From an uncultured Gemmatimonadota bacterium (GTDB lineage: Bacteria > SM23-81 > DAOVCL01): a stretch of 64,000 bases of DNA. Positions within the stretch are counted from its first letter, which is position 1; the number at the start of each line of letters is the position of its first letter. The notes below the pieces were generated by a model. It did not search any database, was not told the DNA's origin, and worked only from the letters and a program-made list of their open reading frames with translations. The position numbers and the translations under genes are program-made. Positions 36,060 through 44,932 of the stretch are shown here, piece by piece. Location of the stretch: assembly GCA_964626665.1 (NCBI GenBank), contig CAZVGK010000001.1, positions 1 through 64,000 on the forward strand, given 5' to 3'.

Positions 36060-37550
36060 ATGTTGAGTCCGGTGCTTTTAATTGCTGTCCCTTTGGGTCT
36101 TGCCTTCCTTTTACCCCTTTTGGGGCTTGGCTCTGAGAAGATTGGGAAATACATCCCTATTGTGGGAACGGGTTTCAATCTGGTCATCGGTCTCCTGCTT
36201 CTCCCCAAAGCCTTAAACCATCCCATCGTTGTCTCCCTTGGGGGTTGGCATCCTCCCCTTTGTATCAATTTGGTGGCCGGCCCCTTAGGAGTTCTGCTCT
36301 CCCTGCTTATCTCCTTGGTGGGCTTGCTGGTGGCCATCTATGCCCTTGGTTACATCAAAGAAGGTGCCCAGGAAAGGTATCATACCCTTTATCTTTTGCT
36401 TCTCACCGGGGCTACAGGTGTTGTCCTCACCGGGGATATATTCAACCTCTTCGTCTTCTTTGAGATCCTCTGTATCTCCTCCTATGCCCTGGTAGCTTAT
36501 TGGGGAAATAAGCCAGGGGTTGAAGCGGCAACAAAGTATCTCATCCAGGGTTCCCTTGGGGCTTCCTTTATCCTTATCGGCATTGGTTTGCTCTACGGCC
36601 TTTTTGGGACGCTTAATATGGCAGATATTGCCAATAGTATAACCAACCAGGCAGCGGTGATCAATCAGCACCCGATGATCTTGTTTGTCTCTTTGGCATT
36701 TTTGATAACCGGATTTGGGGTGGAGGCGGCCATTTTTCCATTAAATGCCTGGTTGCCTGATGCTCACTCATCAGCTCCCTCCTCGATCAGTGCCATCCTC
36801 TCCGGGTTGGCTATCAAGGCAGGTATCTATGCAGTGGCCAGAGTTGTCTTTACCATCTTTGGCGCTCAAAATATCCTCAGCTTGATTGCCGTGATTGGCC
36901 TGCTGACCCTCCTTGTGGGGGAGATGTCTGCCTTTAAACAGAGGAATATCAAACGGCTTTTGGCCTATTCCAGCGTGGGGCAAGTAGGTTTGATAGTATT
37001 TGCCCTGGGGATAGCCTCACCGCATGGGGTTGCTGGTGGTCTGTTTCAGATTGTTAGCCATGCCCTAGCCAAATCTATGCTCTTTTTGGGTGTGGGATAT
37101 ATGATCTATCGCACCGGTTCTATGGAGATCTCCTCTATGGAGGGTATGGGAAAGAGGATGCCCTTGACCTCTCTCTCCTTTACCATTGGGGCCTTTTCCC
37201 TTGTTGGCCTACCTCCCTTTATTGGCTTTTCCAGCAAACTCTCCATTGTGCGGGCCGCCCTGGAAAAGGGAGAGGTCTTCTTTGTCGTCCTGGTCATATT
37301 TGCTCTGTTGGGCACGGTAATAGAGGGGGCTTATTTCTTTAGGGTGGTGCAGGCCCTCTACTTCAAGGGGGAGAGGAGCCAGCTAAAGAGGGAGGAGGCT
37401 CCCGTATCCGCCTTGATTCCCATAGTTCTCCTTGCTGGCTTGATTGTGGGGATTGGGGTATACCCACATTTGGTGAGTAATCTCTTTGGGGCAGCAGCAG
37501 GGGAGCTGGTGAACAGGATGGCCTATATCAGGGGTGTATTAGGGGGATAG
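36060..37550 (+). CDS. mbsH: MbsH/MbxH (MnhD-like)
   Basis: DIFNLFVFFEI, WLPDAH and KRLLAYSS motifs. Confidence 0.9.
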   Translation: MLSPVLLIAVPLGLAFLLPLLGLGSEKIGKYIPIVGTGFNLVIGLLLLPKALNHPIVVSLGGWHPPLCINLVAGPLGVLLSLLISLVGLLVAIYALGYIKEGAQERYHTLYLLLLTGATGVVLTGDIFNLFVFFEILCISSYALVAYWGNKPGVEAATKYLIQGSLGASFILIGIGLLYGLFGTLNMADIANSITNQAAVINQHPMILFVSLAFLITGFGVEAAIFPLNAWLPDAHSSAPSSISAILSGLAIKAGIYAVARVVFTIFGAQNILSLIAVIGLLTLLVGEMSAFKQRNIKRLLAYSSVGQVGLIVFALGIASPHGVAGGLFQIVSHALAKSMLFLGVGYMIYRTGSMEISSMEGMGKRMPLTSLSFTIGAFSLVGLPPFIGFSSKLSIVRAALEKGEVFFVVLVIFALLGTVIEGAYFFRVVQALYFKGERSQLKREEAPVSALIPIVLLAGLIVGIGVYPHLVSNLFGAAAGELVNRMAYIRGVLGG

Positions 37551-37591
37551 GGGTAGTTTTCCGCCAATATAAGGTAAATGGGAAAAATTTT

Positions 37592-39439
37592 ATGTCCATA
37601 GGTGTAATACTAATAATTGCTTTTGGGGGAGCGTTTTTCACCTATCTTTTGGGCAAGATCTCCTCTACTCTGAGGAACCTTTTTGCCGTTCTGATTTCCC
37701 TTCTGCTTGTTGGTTTGATCTCTCTTGCCTATGGCAGGTTAGGGTGGAGGGTCGGCTACGAATTCCTTGGTTTTAACCTTGTTTTGAGATTAACTGTCCT
37801 CTCCTGGTTTTTTGCTATTTCGATAGCTGGCATTGGGTTTCTCTCCATAGTCTTTTCACTGAGCTATATGAAGGGGAGGGAAAACCTCGATTTCTATTAT
37901 CTGATGATGCTCCTGGTTAATGCCGGAATGTTAGGGGTTGTCTTCAGCGGTGATCTGCTTTCCTTTTATATCTTCTGGGAAATTATGAGTTGGGGAACAT
38001 ATCTGTTGATCAGCTCCGGGCGAGGTAAGGCCTTGGATGCGGGTCTGAAATATATCATCTGGTCAATTATCGGTTCCAGCCTTATGATGCTTGGCTTTCT
38101 CTACCTATATGTTAGCTATGGGACATTAAGTTTCCCCGGTCTCTCCCTCCGGCTTAGCTCTGCCCCATCCGGGGTTCTCCTTCTTACCCTCATCCTCTTC
38201 GGCATTGGGTTTGGCATCAAGAATGCCCTTCTTCCCCTCCATACCTGGTTGCCAGATGTTTACACCGAGGCTCCTTCCCCGTTTACCGCTGTTCTCTCCG
38301 GGATGCTCACGCGCATGGGGGTTTACGGTTTCCTTCTGGTGATGTATGTGCTGGTAGGGTTGAGGGAGGTAGTTCACCTCGGCTCTGGTTGGTTTACCTT
38401 CAACAATGTCCTCTCCTGGCTGGGCGCTATCACCATAGTTATCCCCACCTTTATTGCCCTGCTGCAGAATGATGCCAAGAGGCTCTTGGCCTGGAGTAGC
38501 GTAGGCCAGGGAGGGTATATGATCTTGGGGATAGCCTTCGGGACGAGTATGGGGGTGGCGGGAGGGATACTGCACACCTTGGGATATGCACTGAGCGTGG
38601 TGCTACTCTTTATGGTGGTGGGGGCGGTGGAACATCGCACCCAGGGGATAAGAGACTTAAACCAATTGGGTGGGTTAATAAAGAAGATGCCCCTTACATT
38701 CATCGGGGCTTTGATCGGTATCTCTGGGTTGATTGGGGTTCCCTTGGTTTGTCCCTTTGTTTCCAAGTGGTTGATCTATAAAACATTAATTGATCAAGGG
38801 CATCCAATTTTGGCCTTTGCCGCTTTAATCGGAACCTGGGGAGCCATACTTTATGCCTATAAATTCATTCACAACATTTTCTTGGGGCAAACGCCTAAGA
38901 GGCTAGAGAATGTAAAGGTGGCCCCTTTTAGCATGCAATTTCCTATGGCCGTTCTCTCGGTGATCATTGTCCTCTTCGGTATCCTTCCAGGTATTCCGCT
39001 TAAGGTTATTGGGAACATTGAGAGCTCCTTTGGCTTTGCCCCTCTTGCCCTAAATGTATGGGGGATAAGATCCGAAGTGGCCATCCTAAATACATTAAAC
39101 ATCTTTGCGGCAGTATTATTGGCGGTCTTCTTCATTTTCCTCCTCTTTCGCATGGGAGCCGGATCGCGGAGGGTTCCCCAGGAGGATAGTTACACCGCGG
39201 GAGCAGCGCCAGTTCCTGCAGATAGGTATCATCATACGGTCGATTTCTATAACCCATTCCAGAGAATAATTTCACCCTATCTGCGGGATAGGATTGACGA
39301 TCTTTACTACTGGATTGCTGGGGGCGCAAGGGGGATCTGTGACGGAATCAGACGCATCTATACAGGGGATGTGGGGACCTATGCTCTCTACATCGTCCTT
39401 TTTCTGGCGTTTCTCATTCTAATGCAGAGGTTTGGCTAG
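37592..39439 (+). CDS. MbsH'/MbxH' (second antiporter-like subunit, MrpA/NuoL-like)
   Basis: FWEIMSW, HTWLPD, KRLLAWSS and C-terminal YTGD..Y motifs. Confidence 0.88.
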   Translation: MSIGVILIIAFGGAFFTYLLGKISSTLRNLFAVLISLLLVGLISLAYGRLGWRVGYEFLGFNLVLRLTVLSWFFAISIAGIGFLSIVFSLSYMKGRENLDFYYLMMLLVNAGMLGVVFSGDLLSFYIFWEIMSWGTYLLISSGRGKALDAGLKYIIWSIIGSSLMMLGFLYLYVSYGTLSFPGLSLRLSSAPSGVLLLTLILFGIGFGIKNALLPLHTWLPDVYTEAPSPFTAVLSGMLTRMGVYGFLLVMYVLVGLREVVHLGSGWFTFNNVLSWLGAITIVIPTFIALLQNDAKRLLAWSSVGQGGYMILGIAFGTSMGVAGGILHTLGYALSVVLLFMVVGAVEHRTQGIRDLNQLGGLIKKMPLTFIGALIGISGLIGVPLVCPFVSKWLIYKTLIDQGHPILAFAALIGTWGAILYAYKFIHNIFLGQTPKRLENVKVAPFSMQFPMAVLSVIIVLFGILPGIPLKVIGNIESSFGFAPLALNVWGIRSEVAILNTLNIFAAVLLAVFFIFLLFRMGAGSRRVPQEDSYTAGAAPVPADRYHHTVDFYNPFQRIISPYLRDRIDDLYYWIAGGARGICDGIRRIYTGDVGTYALYIVLFLAFLILMQRFG

Positions 39440-39617
39440 CTCCTCGTTGGTCATAGCGAGCCGTCAGAACCCCGATTCTGACGGCAAGGGGGGAAAGTGG
39501 CAGGGAAGCCGGGTAGAAACCGCAGATTCACGCAGATTCTACTCCGTCAGGGCAGGAGCCCTGACGGCACAAGCTCTATAATTCAGACCAGGCGAGTTGC
39601 CGTTGGAAGGGTGTGAT

Positions 39618-40505
39618 ATGGTAAGAACTGTTGCTGAACTTATTGGCTCTCCCCTTATTGCCTTTGTGGTCGGGGTTTTCTTCCTGGGCTTGGCCAGGAA
39701 GGTTACCGCGCGTATTCAGCGAAGATATGGTCCTCCCCTCTACCAGCCGGTCATCGATGTGGTGAAGCTCCTCTATCAGAAGAGCGTCTCCCATGGTTTG
39801 ATGTTTGATTTTGGGGTCCTCCTCTCTTTGGGGGGGGCGATAGTGACCATTCTCTTCATTCCGGTGGGGAGGATATGTCCGCTGAATATGTCCGGAGGGA
39901 TGCTGGTAATTATCTATCTTATGCTCCTTTCCCCTCTGGGAACTGCCCTCAGTGCGGGGGAAGCGGCGAACCCCAACGCCAGCATTGGCATCTCCCGGAA
40001 GATGTTGCTTGCCTTGGGATATGAAGTCCCCTTCCTGCTAATTATACTTTCGGTTATGACCCATTATGGGACTACCTCCATCACAGAGATTGTCCACCTA
40101 CAGCAGATAGGGCATTGGGGGATAGTTTCTCTGCCCCTTCCTGGTATAGCGGCCCTTTTGATCCTACCTCCGATGTTGGGGATAAGGCCCTTTGATATGG
40201 TCGACGCCCCGCAGGAGATAGCATCTGGCCCACTGGCCGAATATGGGGGGAAGTATCTGGCCCTCATCTCCATCGAGCATGCCATGCACATCTTCTTAGT
40301 CATTGCTCTCTTCGTTGATCTCTTCTTGGGCGGTTCCGGTAATCTCCTCATTTTCCTGGTGGAGGTGACAGTCATCTTTTTGCTGGGCCTTTTAGTTAGT
40401 GTTGTATTCCCCCGCTTCCGGATTGAGCAGGCGCTGAGGTATTGCTGGAAGTGGCCTACAATTCTGGCTTTTATTGGCTTGATAATAGTGATGATATGGA
40501 GGTAG
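39618..40505 (+). CDS. mbsM: MbsM/MbxM (NuoH-like)
   Basis: RKVTARIQRRYGPP, PFD..APQEIASG and PRFRIEQA motifs. Confidence 0.9.
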   Translation: MVRTVAELIGSPLIAFVVGVFFLGLARKVTARIQRRYGPPLYQPVIDVVKLLYQKSVSHGLMFDFGVLLSLGGAIVTILFIPVGRICPLNMSGGMLVIIYLMLLSPLGTALSAGEAANPNASIGISRKMLLALGYEVPFLLIILSVMTHYGTTSITEIVHLQQIGHWGIVSLPLPGIAALLILPPMLGIRPFDMVDAPQEIASGPLAEYGGKYLALISIEHAMHIFLVIALFVDLFLGGSGNLLIFLVEVTVIFLLGLLVSVVFPRFRIEQALRYCWKWPTILAFIGLIIVMIWR

Positions 40506-40539
40506 TTGGTGGGCTTTATTCTCTTAAAAGGAGATAGAA

Positions 40540-41064
40540 ATGGATAGAGGGAACATCATAAAGGCCTTAAAAAGCCCCGGGAAATGGGGTGAGAAGTACT
40601 CCCTCTGGGTGACATACTTTTGTACAGGGTGTGGTATCATGGAGATCCCCCCTATTTTGACCTCCAGGTGGGATGCCGAGCGATTTGGGATAATTCCCAT
40701 GGCCACCCCCAGGCAGGGGAACCTCTTTTTGATCACCGGTTATGTGTCGCTTAAGACCCTGCGGGCGATCATCAGAACCTACGAGCAGATGAATGATCCC
40801 AAGTACTTGATCGGTTTTGGCTCCTGTCCGGTGAATGGTGGTATGTATTGGGACTCTTACAACACGATAAAGCGCCTCGATAAGTATCTTCCTGTGGATG
40901 GCTGGATTGCTGGTTGTATGCCCAGGCCAGAAGCCATATTCATTGCCGTGGTCCATCTGTGGACGATGATAGATAAGGGGATGGCCACTGGTTACAAGAA
41001 GTATGTGGAGAACTATGATTATTATAAGGGAAATCAACGAAAGCTGTTGGGAGAGGAAATATAG
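40540..41064 (+). CDS. mbsJ: MbsJ/MbxJ (NuoB-like)
   Basis: FCTGCG..E, GSCPVNGGMYWDSY and GCMPRPE, an Mbx-type signature. Confidence 0.9.
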   Translation: MDRGNIIKALKSPGKWGEKYSLWVTYFCTGCGIMEIPPILTSRWDAERFGIIPMATPRQGNLFLITGYVSLKTLRAIIRTYEQMNDPKYLIGFGSCPVNGGMYWDSYNTIKRLDKYLPVDGWIAGCMPRPEAIFIAVVHLWTMIDKGMATGYKKYVENYDYYKGNQRKLLGEEI

Positions 41065-41105
41065 AACTTGTCTGGCTGAACAGTTGCGGCTAAAAGGGGA
41101 ATGAT

Positions 41106-41609
41106 ATGAGGGAGGAAGAGCTGAAGAAGGAAATCGAGAATATGTTTGCGGGCAGCCAGGGGACCATCCAAAGGCAGGGGAGGTTGATTGTAAACTGCCC
41201 GAAGGAATCCCTTTCCTCCCTACTCATCTATCTGAAGGCAAACGGATTTGAACACCTATCCGCTATCTCCTGTGTGGATTGGATGGGGGAGAACCAATTT
41301 GAGTTGATATATCATCTCAACTCGTTCTCCACTGGGGTGCATATAATGGTGAAGGCGAGGATCGATAGGGATACCCCAAATTATGTGACTGTTTTACCCC
41401 TTTTCCCTAATGCTCAGACCTACGAACGGGAGATACATGAGATGTTCGGGATAGATTTTGCCGGCAACCCCAGGCAGATCCCCCTTCTTTTGGACCATTG
41501 GAAGGAGATGCCCCCATTTCGGAAGGATTTCGATATGCGGGAGTATGTGAAGCGCACATTTGGAAATGACCAAGGAAACCAGACTAAGGAAGGAAAAGGG
41601 AGCGGTTAG
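41106..41609 (+). CDS. mbsK: MbsK/MbxK (NuoC-like)
   Basis: YEREIHEMFGI.F.GNP and PPFRKDF motifs. Confidence 0.9.
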   Translation: MREEELKKEIENMFAGSQGTIQRQGRLIVNCPKESLSSLLIYLKANGFEHLSAISCVDWMGENQFELIYHLNSFSTGVHIMVKARIDRDTPNYVTVLPLFPNAQTYEREIHEMFGIDFAGNPRQIPLLLDHWKEMPPFRKDFDMREYVKRTFGNDQGNQTKEGKGSG

Positions 41610-41625
41610 TCCTTTTGATGAAGGA

Positions 41626-42735
41626 ATGAGTGAAGAAAGAAGAGAACTGGAACTATACTTTGGCCCTCAGCATGTGGGTATGGTGGGGAACTTCAGCATC
41701 ACCCTTCAGGTGGAGGGGGACAAGATCGTGGAGGCAAAGGCCAATCCTGGTTTCCTCCATCGGGGTTTCGAAAAGCTGATGGAGTATAGGACCTGGATTC
41801 AGAACTTCCCTTTGGTCTGCCGGATCAATGTAATGGATCCAGATCCCGAGGAGTTGGTTTATGCTCTGGCCGTTGAGGAACTGGCCGGCATAGAGGTGCC
41901 GGAGAGGGCCAGGTACATAAGGACGATGGTTTTGGAGATGTCCAGGATAACATCCCACCTGGCCAGTATATGGGCTTACGCCAATATGTTGGGGTTTGAC
42001 ACCATTGGTCAATGGAGTGTGGGAGACAGGGATTATTTCCTTGATCTGTTTGAAGATCTTACTGGAGGAAGGATCTACCATATCTATATCACCCCTGGTG
42101 GGGTGCGCAGGGATTTGCCGGAAGGGTTTGAGGAGAAGGTGAAGGAAGTTATGGGAAATTTAGAAAGCCATCTGCCAGAATATGATAACCTCTTCTTTAA
42201 CAACAGGCTCTTTGTGGAGAGAACCGGGGGAGTGGCTAAGTTGAATAAAGATGAGGCCATTGCCCTGGGGGCAACAGGCCAGGTGCTACGGGCTACAGGG
42301 GTGGAGTGGGATATAAGGAAGGTCGAGCCCTATGCTGCCTACTCGGCTATGGATTTTGCTGTCCCGGTGGAGGAGGGCGGTGATTCTTATTCCCGAATGA
42401 TGTTGATCAGGAAGGAGATAGATCAAAGTCTGTCCATTATCAAACAGGCTTTAAGGAAAATGCCTGGAGGGCTTGCCTTCCAAAAGGTTCCCAACCCTTT
42501 CAAATGGAAGATTCCACCTGGGGAGGTTTGGGTGCGGGTGGAATCGGCAAGGGGGGAGAAGGGTCTCTATATGGTTAGTGATGGAGGGGATAAACCACAT
42601 AGTGTTCGTTTTCGGAGCCCCTCCTATCCCCACGGGATTCTCATTTTGGAAAAGCTTTTACAGGGAGTAAGCATAGCCGATACCGGTCATATTATGATGA
42701 GTCTGAATGTTGCTGCTCCGGAAATAGACAGATAG
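41626..42735 (+). CDS. mbsL: MbsL/MbxL (NuoD-like) catalytic subunit without NiFe ligands
   Basis: FGPQH, HRGFEKLME, CRINVMDPD and C-terminal APEIDR. No CxxC motifs. Confidence 0.88.
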   Translation: MSEERRELELYFGPQHVGMVGNFSITLQVEGDKIVEAKANPGFLHRGFEKLMEYRTWIQNFPLVCRINVMDPDPEELVYALAVEELAGIEVPERARYIRTMVLEMSRITSHLASIWAYANMLGFDTIGQWSVGDRDYFLDLFEDLTGGRIYHIYITPGGVRRDLPEGFEEKVKEVMGNLESHLPEYDNLFFNNRLFVERTGGVAKLNKDEAIALGATGQVLRATGVEWDIRKVEPYAAYSAMDFAVPVEEGGDSYSRMMLIRKEIDQSLSIIKQALRKMPGGLAFQKVPNPFKWKIPPGEVWVRVESARGEKGLYMVSDGGDKPHSVRFRSPSYPHGILILEKLLQGVSIADTGHIMMSLNVAAPEIDR

Positions 42736-42802
42736 TAGAAGGCAACTTAGATATAAGCTCGCTAGCGAAACTGCGTAATGTAAAATGAAAAATGCATTTT
42801 CA

Positions 42803-42849
42803 ATTGCTGGCTGCAAGACTTGACACAAATTTTTGCCTATGAAGCCAGA
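42803..42849 (+). repeat. ~50-bp GCTGGCT mini element, copy 3
   Basis: ttgctggctgcaagacttgacacaaatttttgcctatgaagccag. Confidence 0.75.
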
Positions 42850-42851
42850 TA

Positions 42852-43027
42852 GCCTGAATTATTCATAAACTGATGATGAATTCATTATTCAAGTGCCTTC
42901 CTATCGCCCGTAGGGACAGACCTTCAGGTCTGTCCGCCTCTTTCGGACAGGTCTAAAGACCTGTCCCTACAAGAAGAAACCTACGGGGTTTGAAGATGAA
43001 CCAAAGTAATTCATGAATAGATCGGGA
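42852..43027. mobile_element. MITE-like element flanked by TA, containing a GTAG REP doublet (42910-42970)
   Basis: Imperfect TIRs gcctgaattattcataaa...ttcatgaatagatcggga. A solo matching end lies at ~50336-50359. Confidence 0.55.
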
Positions 43028-43068
43028 TAGAATCTATCCCCTTTGATTAAAATAGGAGGATGAAGGGA

Positions 43069-44925
43069 ATGGCTAAGAAAGGAAGTATTTTCACCCCTTT
43101 GACCGCGTTGAAGTTCCTCTTTAAAAAGCCTCATACCTTGCGGTATCCCTTCGAACAGAAGGAGATCTCCCCCCGTTATCGGGGGTTCCATATAAACGAT
43201 TGGGAAAAGTGCACTGGATGTGGTAACTGTGCTGATATCTGCCCTAATGAGGCTATCACTATGAAGGAGATGCCTGAGATCAAGCCAAAACCGGGCGAGA
43301 AGAACGAGCGTCCGGAGATCGACTACGGCAGATGTTGCTTTTGTGGCCTGTGTGTAGATATCTGCCCTCCTGGTTCCCTTAGCCTGAGCAGGGATTACCT
43401 CCATATCGTCCCCAAATCCGATATGTTCATCTCCTTGGCTGATAGCGAGAAATCAGGGAACAAATCCTTTGTAAAAAAGGAGGAATACTCTTTAATGAAG
43501 GCCAGCTTGGCCCATCGGTTGGCCGGAAATGAGGGATTTGCCTCGGACAAGGACTACTCCTATGTGGAGTTTGAGCGGGTGCCTATGCCCATAGTTGAGC
43601 CGGAGAAGCGGAAGGGCTCCTTTATCGAGCTGGTCCTCGGCTACGAGGAGGAAGAGGCAAGAAAGGAGGCCGCCCGCTGTCTGGAGTGCAAGCTCTGCGA
43701 AGAGGCCTGCCCTGCTCACCTAAAGATCTCCGATTATGTAAAGGAGATAGCTGAGGGCAGATATGAGAATGCCCTAAGGAAGATCTTTGAGGATAACCCC
43801 ATTCCCTTGATCTGTGGCAAGATATGTATGGCCCACTGTGAAGATGTCTGCTCAATCAGCTATCGGGGGGAGCCAATAGCTATCAGGTGGTTGAAGAGGT
43901 TTGCCGCAGATCAGGTGGTGGATTACAGGGAGGCGCTGTGGCCGGAGATCCCCCCGGATACCGGCAAGAAGGTAGCCATCATCGGGGCGGGTCCCAGTGG
44001 TTTGTCCCTTGCTTACTTCCTGAGATTAAGGGGGCATAGCATTACTGTATATGATGCCTTGCCCGCTGGGGGAGGGATGTTGCGGGGGGGGCCCCCACTC
44101 TACCGGCTTCCCTTGAAGAGCATAGACAAGGATGTCAATTATATTGCCTCTCTGGGTGTAGATTTTGAGTTTAACACAGAGGTGGGTAAAAACATAGATT
44201 TTAAGGAAATCCTTCGTAACTACGATGCAGTTTATCTGAGCATTGGGATGTGTAGGGGGAGGTATATCAAACTGGAGCACGAGGAGCTCATTCCGCAGGC
44301 AGTAGATTTCCTGCAGAGGGTGAAGTTCGGTAAGGAGGTGCAGGTAGGCAAGGATGTGATTATCATCGGGGGAGGGAATGTGGCAATGGATGTGGCCCGC
44401 ACCTGCTTGAGGCTGCAGCAAATACAATATCCTGGGCAAAAAACCTCGGTTAATATCGCCTGTCTGGAATCCTGGGACATTATACCGGCTACCGAGGAGG
44501 AGTGGAAAGAGGCCAAGGAGGAAGGTGTGCAGTTTAATGTCTCCTGGGGGCCCAAAAAGGTCTTGTTGGATGGTGGTAAAATAAAGGGGTTGGAGTTTAA
44601 AGCCGTAAAGTCCGTGTTTGATGAACAGGGCAGATTCGCCCCCACATTTTACGAGGAAAAGCTAATGACCCTGGAAGGGGATATGATCATCGAGGCTGTG
44701 GGCCAGATGTCAGACTTTTCATTTCTGCCAGAAGAGCTGATGAGTAAATTAGAATTTACCCCCCGCAGGAAGGTGAAGGTCGACGAAAATGGTCAGACCT
44801 CTATCCCCGGGATCTTTGCCGGCGGTGATATAGTCAACCTAAATCTGGATGCGGTAACTGCCATTGCCGATGCCAAAGTCGCCACGGAGGGCATAGACAA
44901 ATATCTGAAAGGGAAGATGAAATGA
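43069..44925 (+). CDS. MbsN/NuoI-like ferredoxin domain fused to a GltD/NfnB-like FAD/NAD(P)H oxidoreductase
   Basis: CTGCGNCADICP and CCFCGLCVDICP, then RCLEC..C..ACP, CGKIC..C, GAGPSG, GGGNVAMD and FAGGD. Confidence 0.92.
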   Translation: MAKKGSIFTPLTALKFLFKKPHTLRYPFEQKEISPRYRGFHINDWEKCTGCGNCADICPNEAITMKEMPEIKPKPGEKNERPEIDYGRCCFCGLCVDICPPGSLSLSRDYLHIVPKSDMFISLADSEKSGNKSFVKKEEYSLMKASLAHRLAGNEGFASDKDYSYVEFERVPMPIVEPEKRKGSFIELVLGYEEEEARKEAARCLECKLCEEACPAHLKISDYVKEIAEGRYENALRKIFEDNPIPLICGKICMAHCEDVCSISYRGEPIAIRWLKRFAADQVVDYREALWPEIPPDTGKKVAIIGAGPSGLSLAYFLRLRGHSITVYDALPAGGGMLRGGPPLYRLPLKSIDKDVNYIASLGVDFEFNTEVGKNIDFKEILRNYDAVYLSIGMCRGRYIKLEHEELIPQAVDFLQRVKFGKEVQVGKDVIIIGGGNVAMDVARTCLRLQQIQYPGQKTSVNIACLESWDIIPATEEEWKEAKEEGVQFNVSWGPKKVLLDGGKIKGLEFKAVKSVFDEQGRFAPTFYEEKLMTLEGDMIIEAVGQMSDFSFLPEELMSKLEFTPRRKVKVDENGQTSIPGIFAGGDIVNLNLDAVTAIADAKVATEGIDKYLKGKMK

Positions 44926-44932
44926 CCGCAAA

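Noticed and set aside
27590-37550. Recent tandem duplication of the Mrp module
   Set aside because: The paralogues differ in order, in fusion pattern (D+E vs E+F) and extensively in sequence outside the motifs.
32685-44925. Second [NiFe]-hydrogenase or canonical Nuo complex I
   Set aside because: The L subunit has no CxxC pairs, there are no NuoA/J/E/F/G genes, and gene order and J-subunit motifs match Mbs/Mbx.
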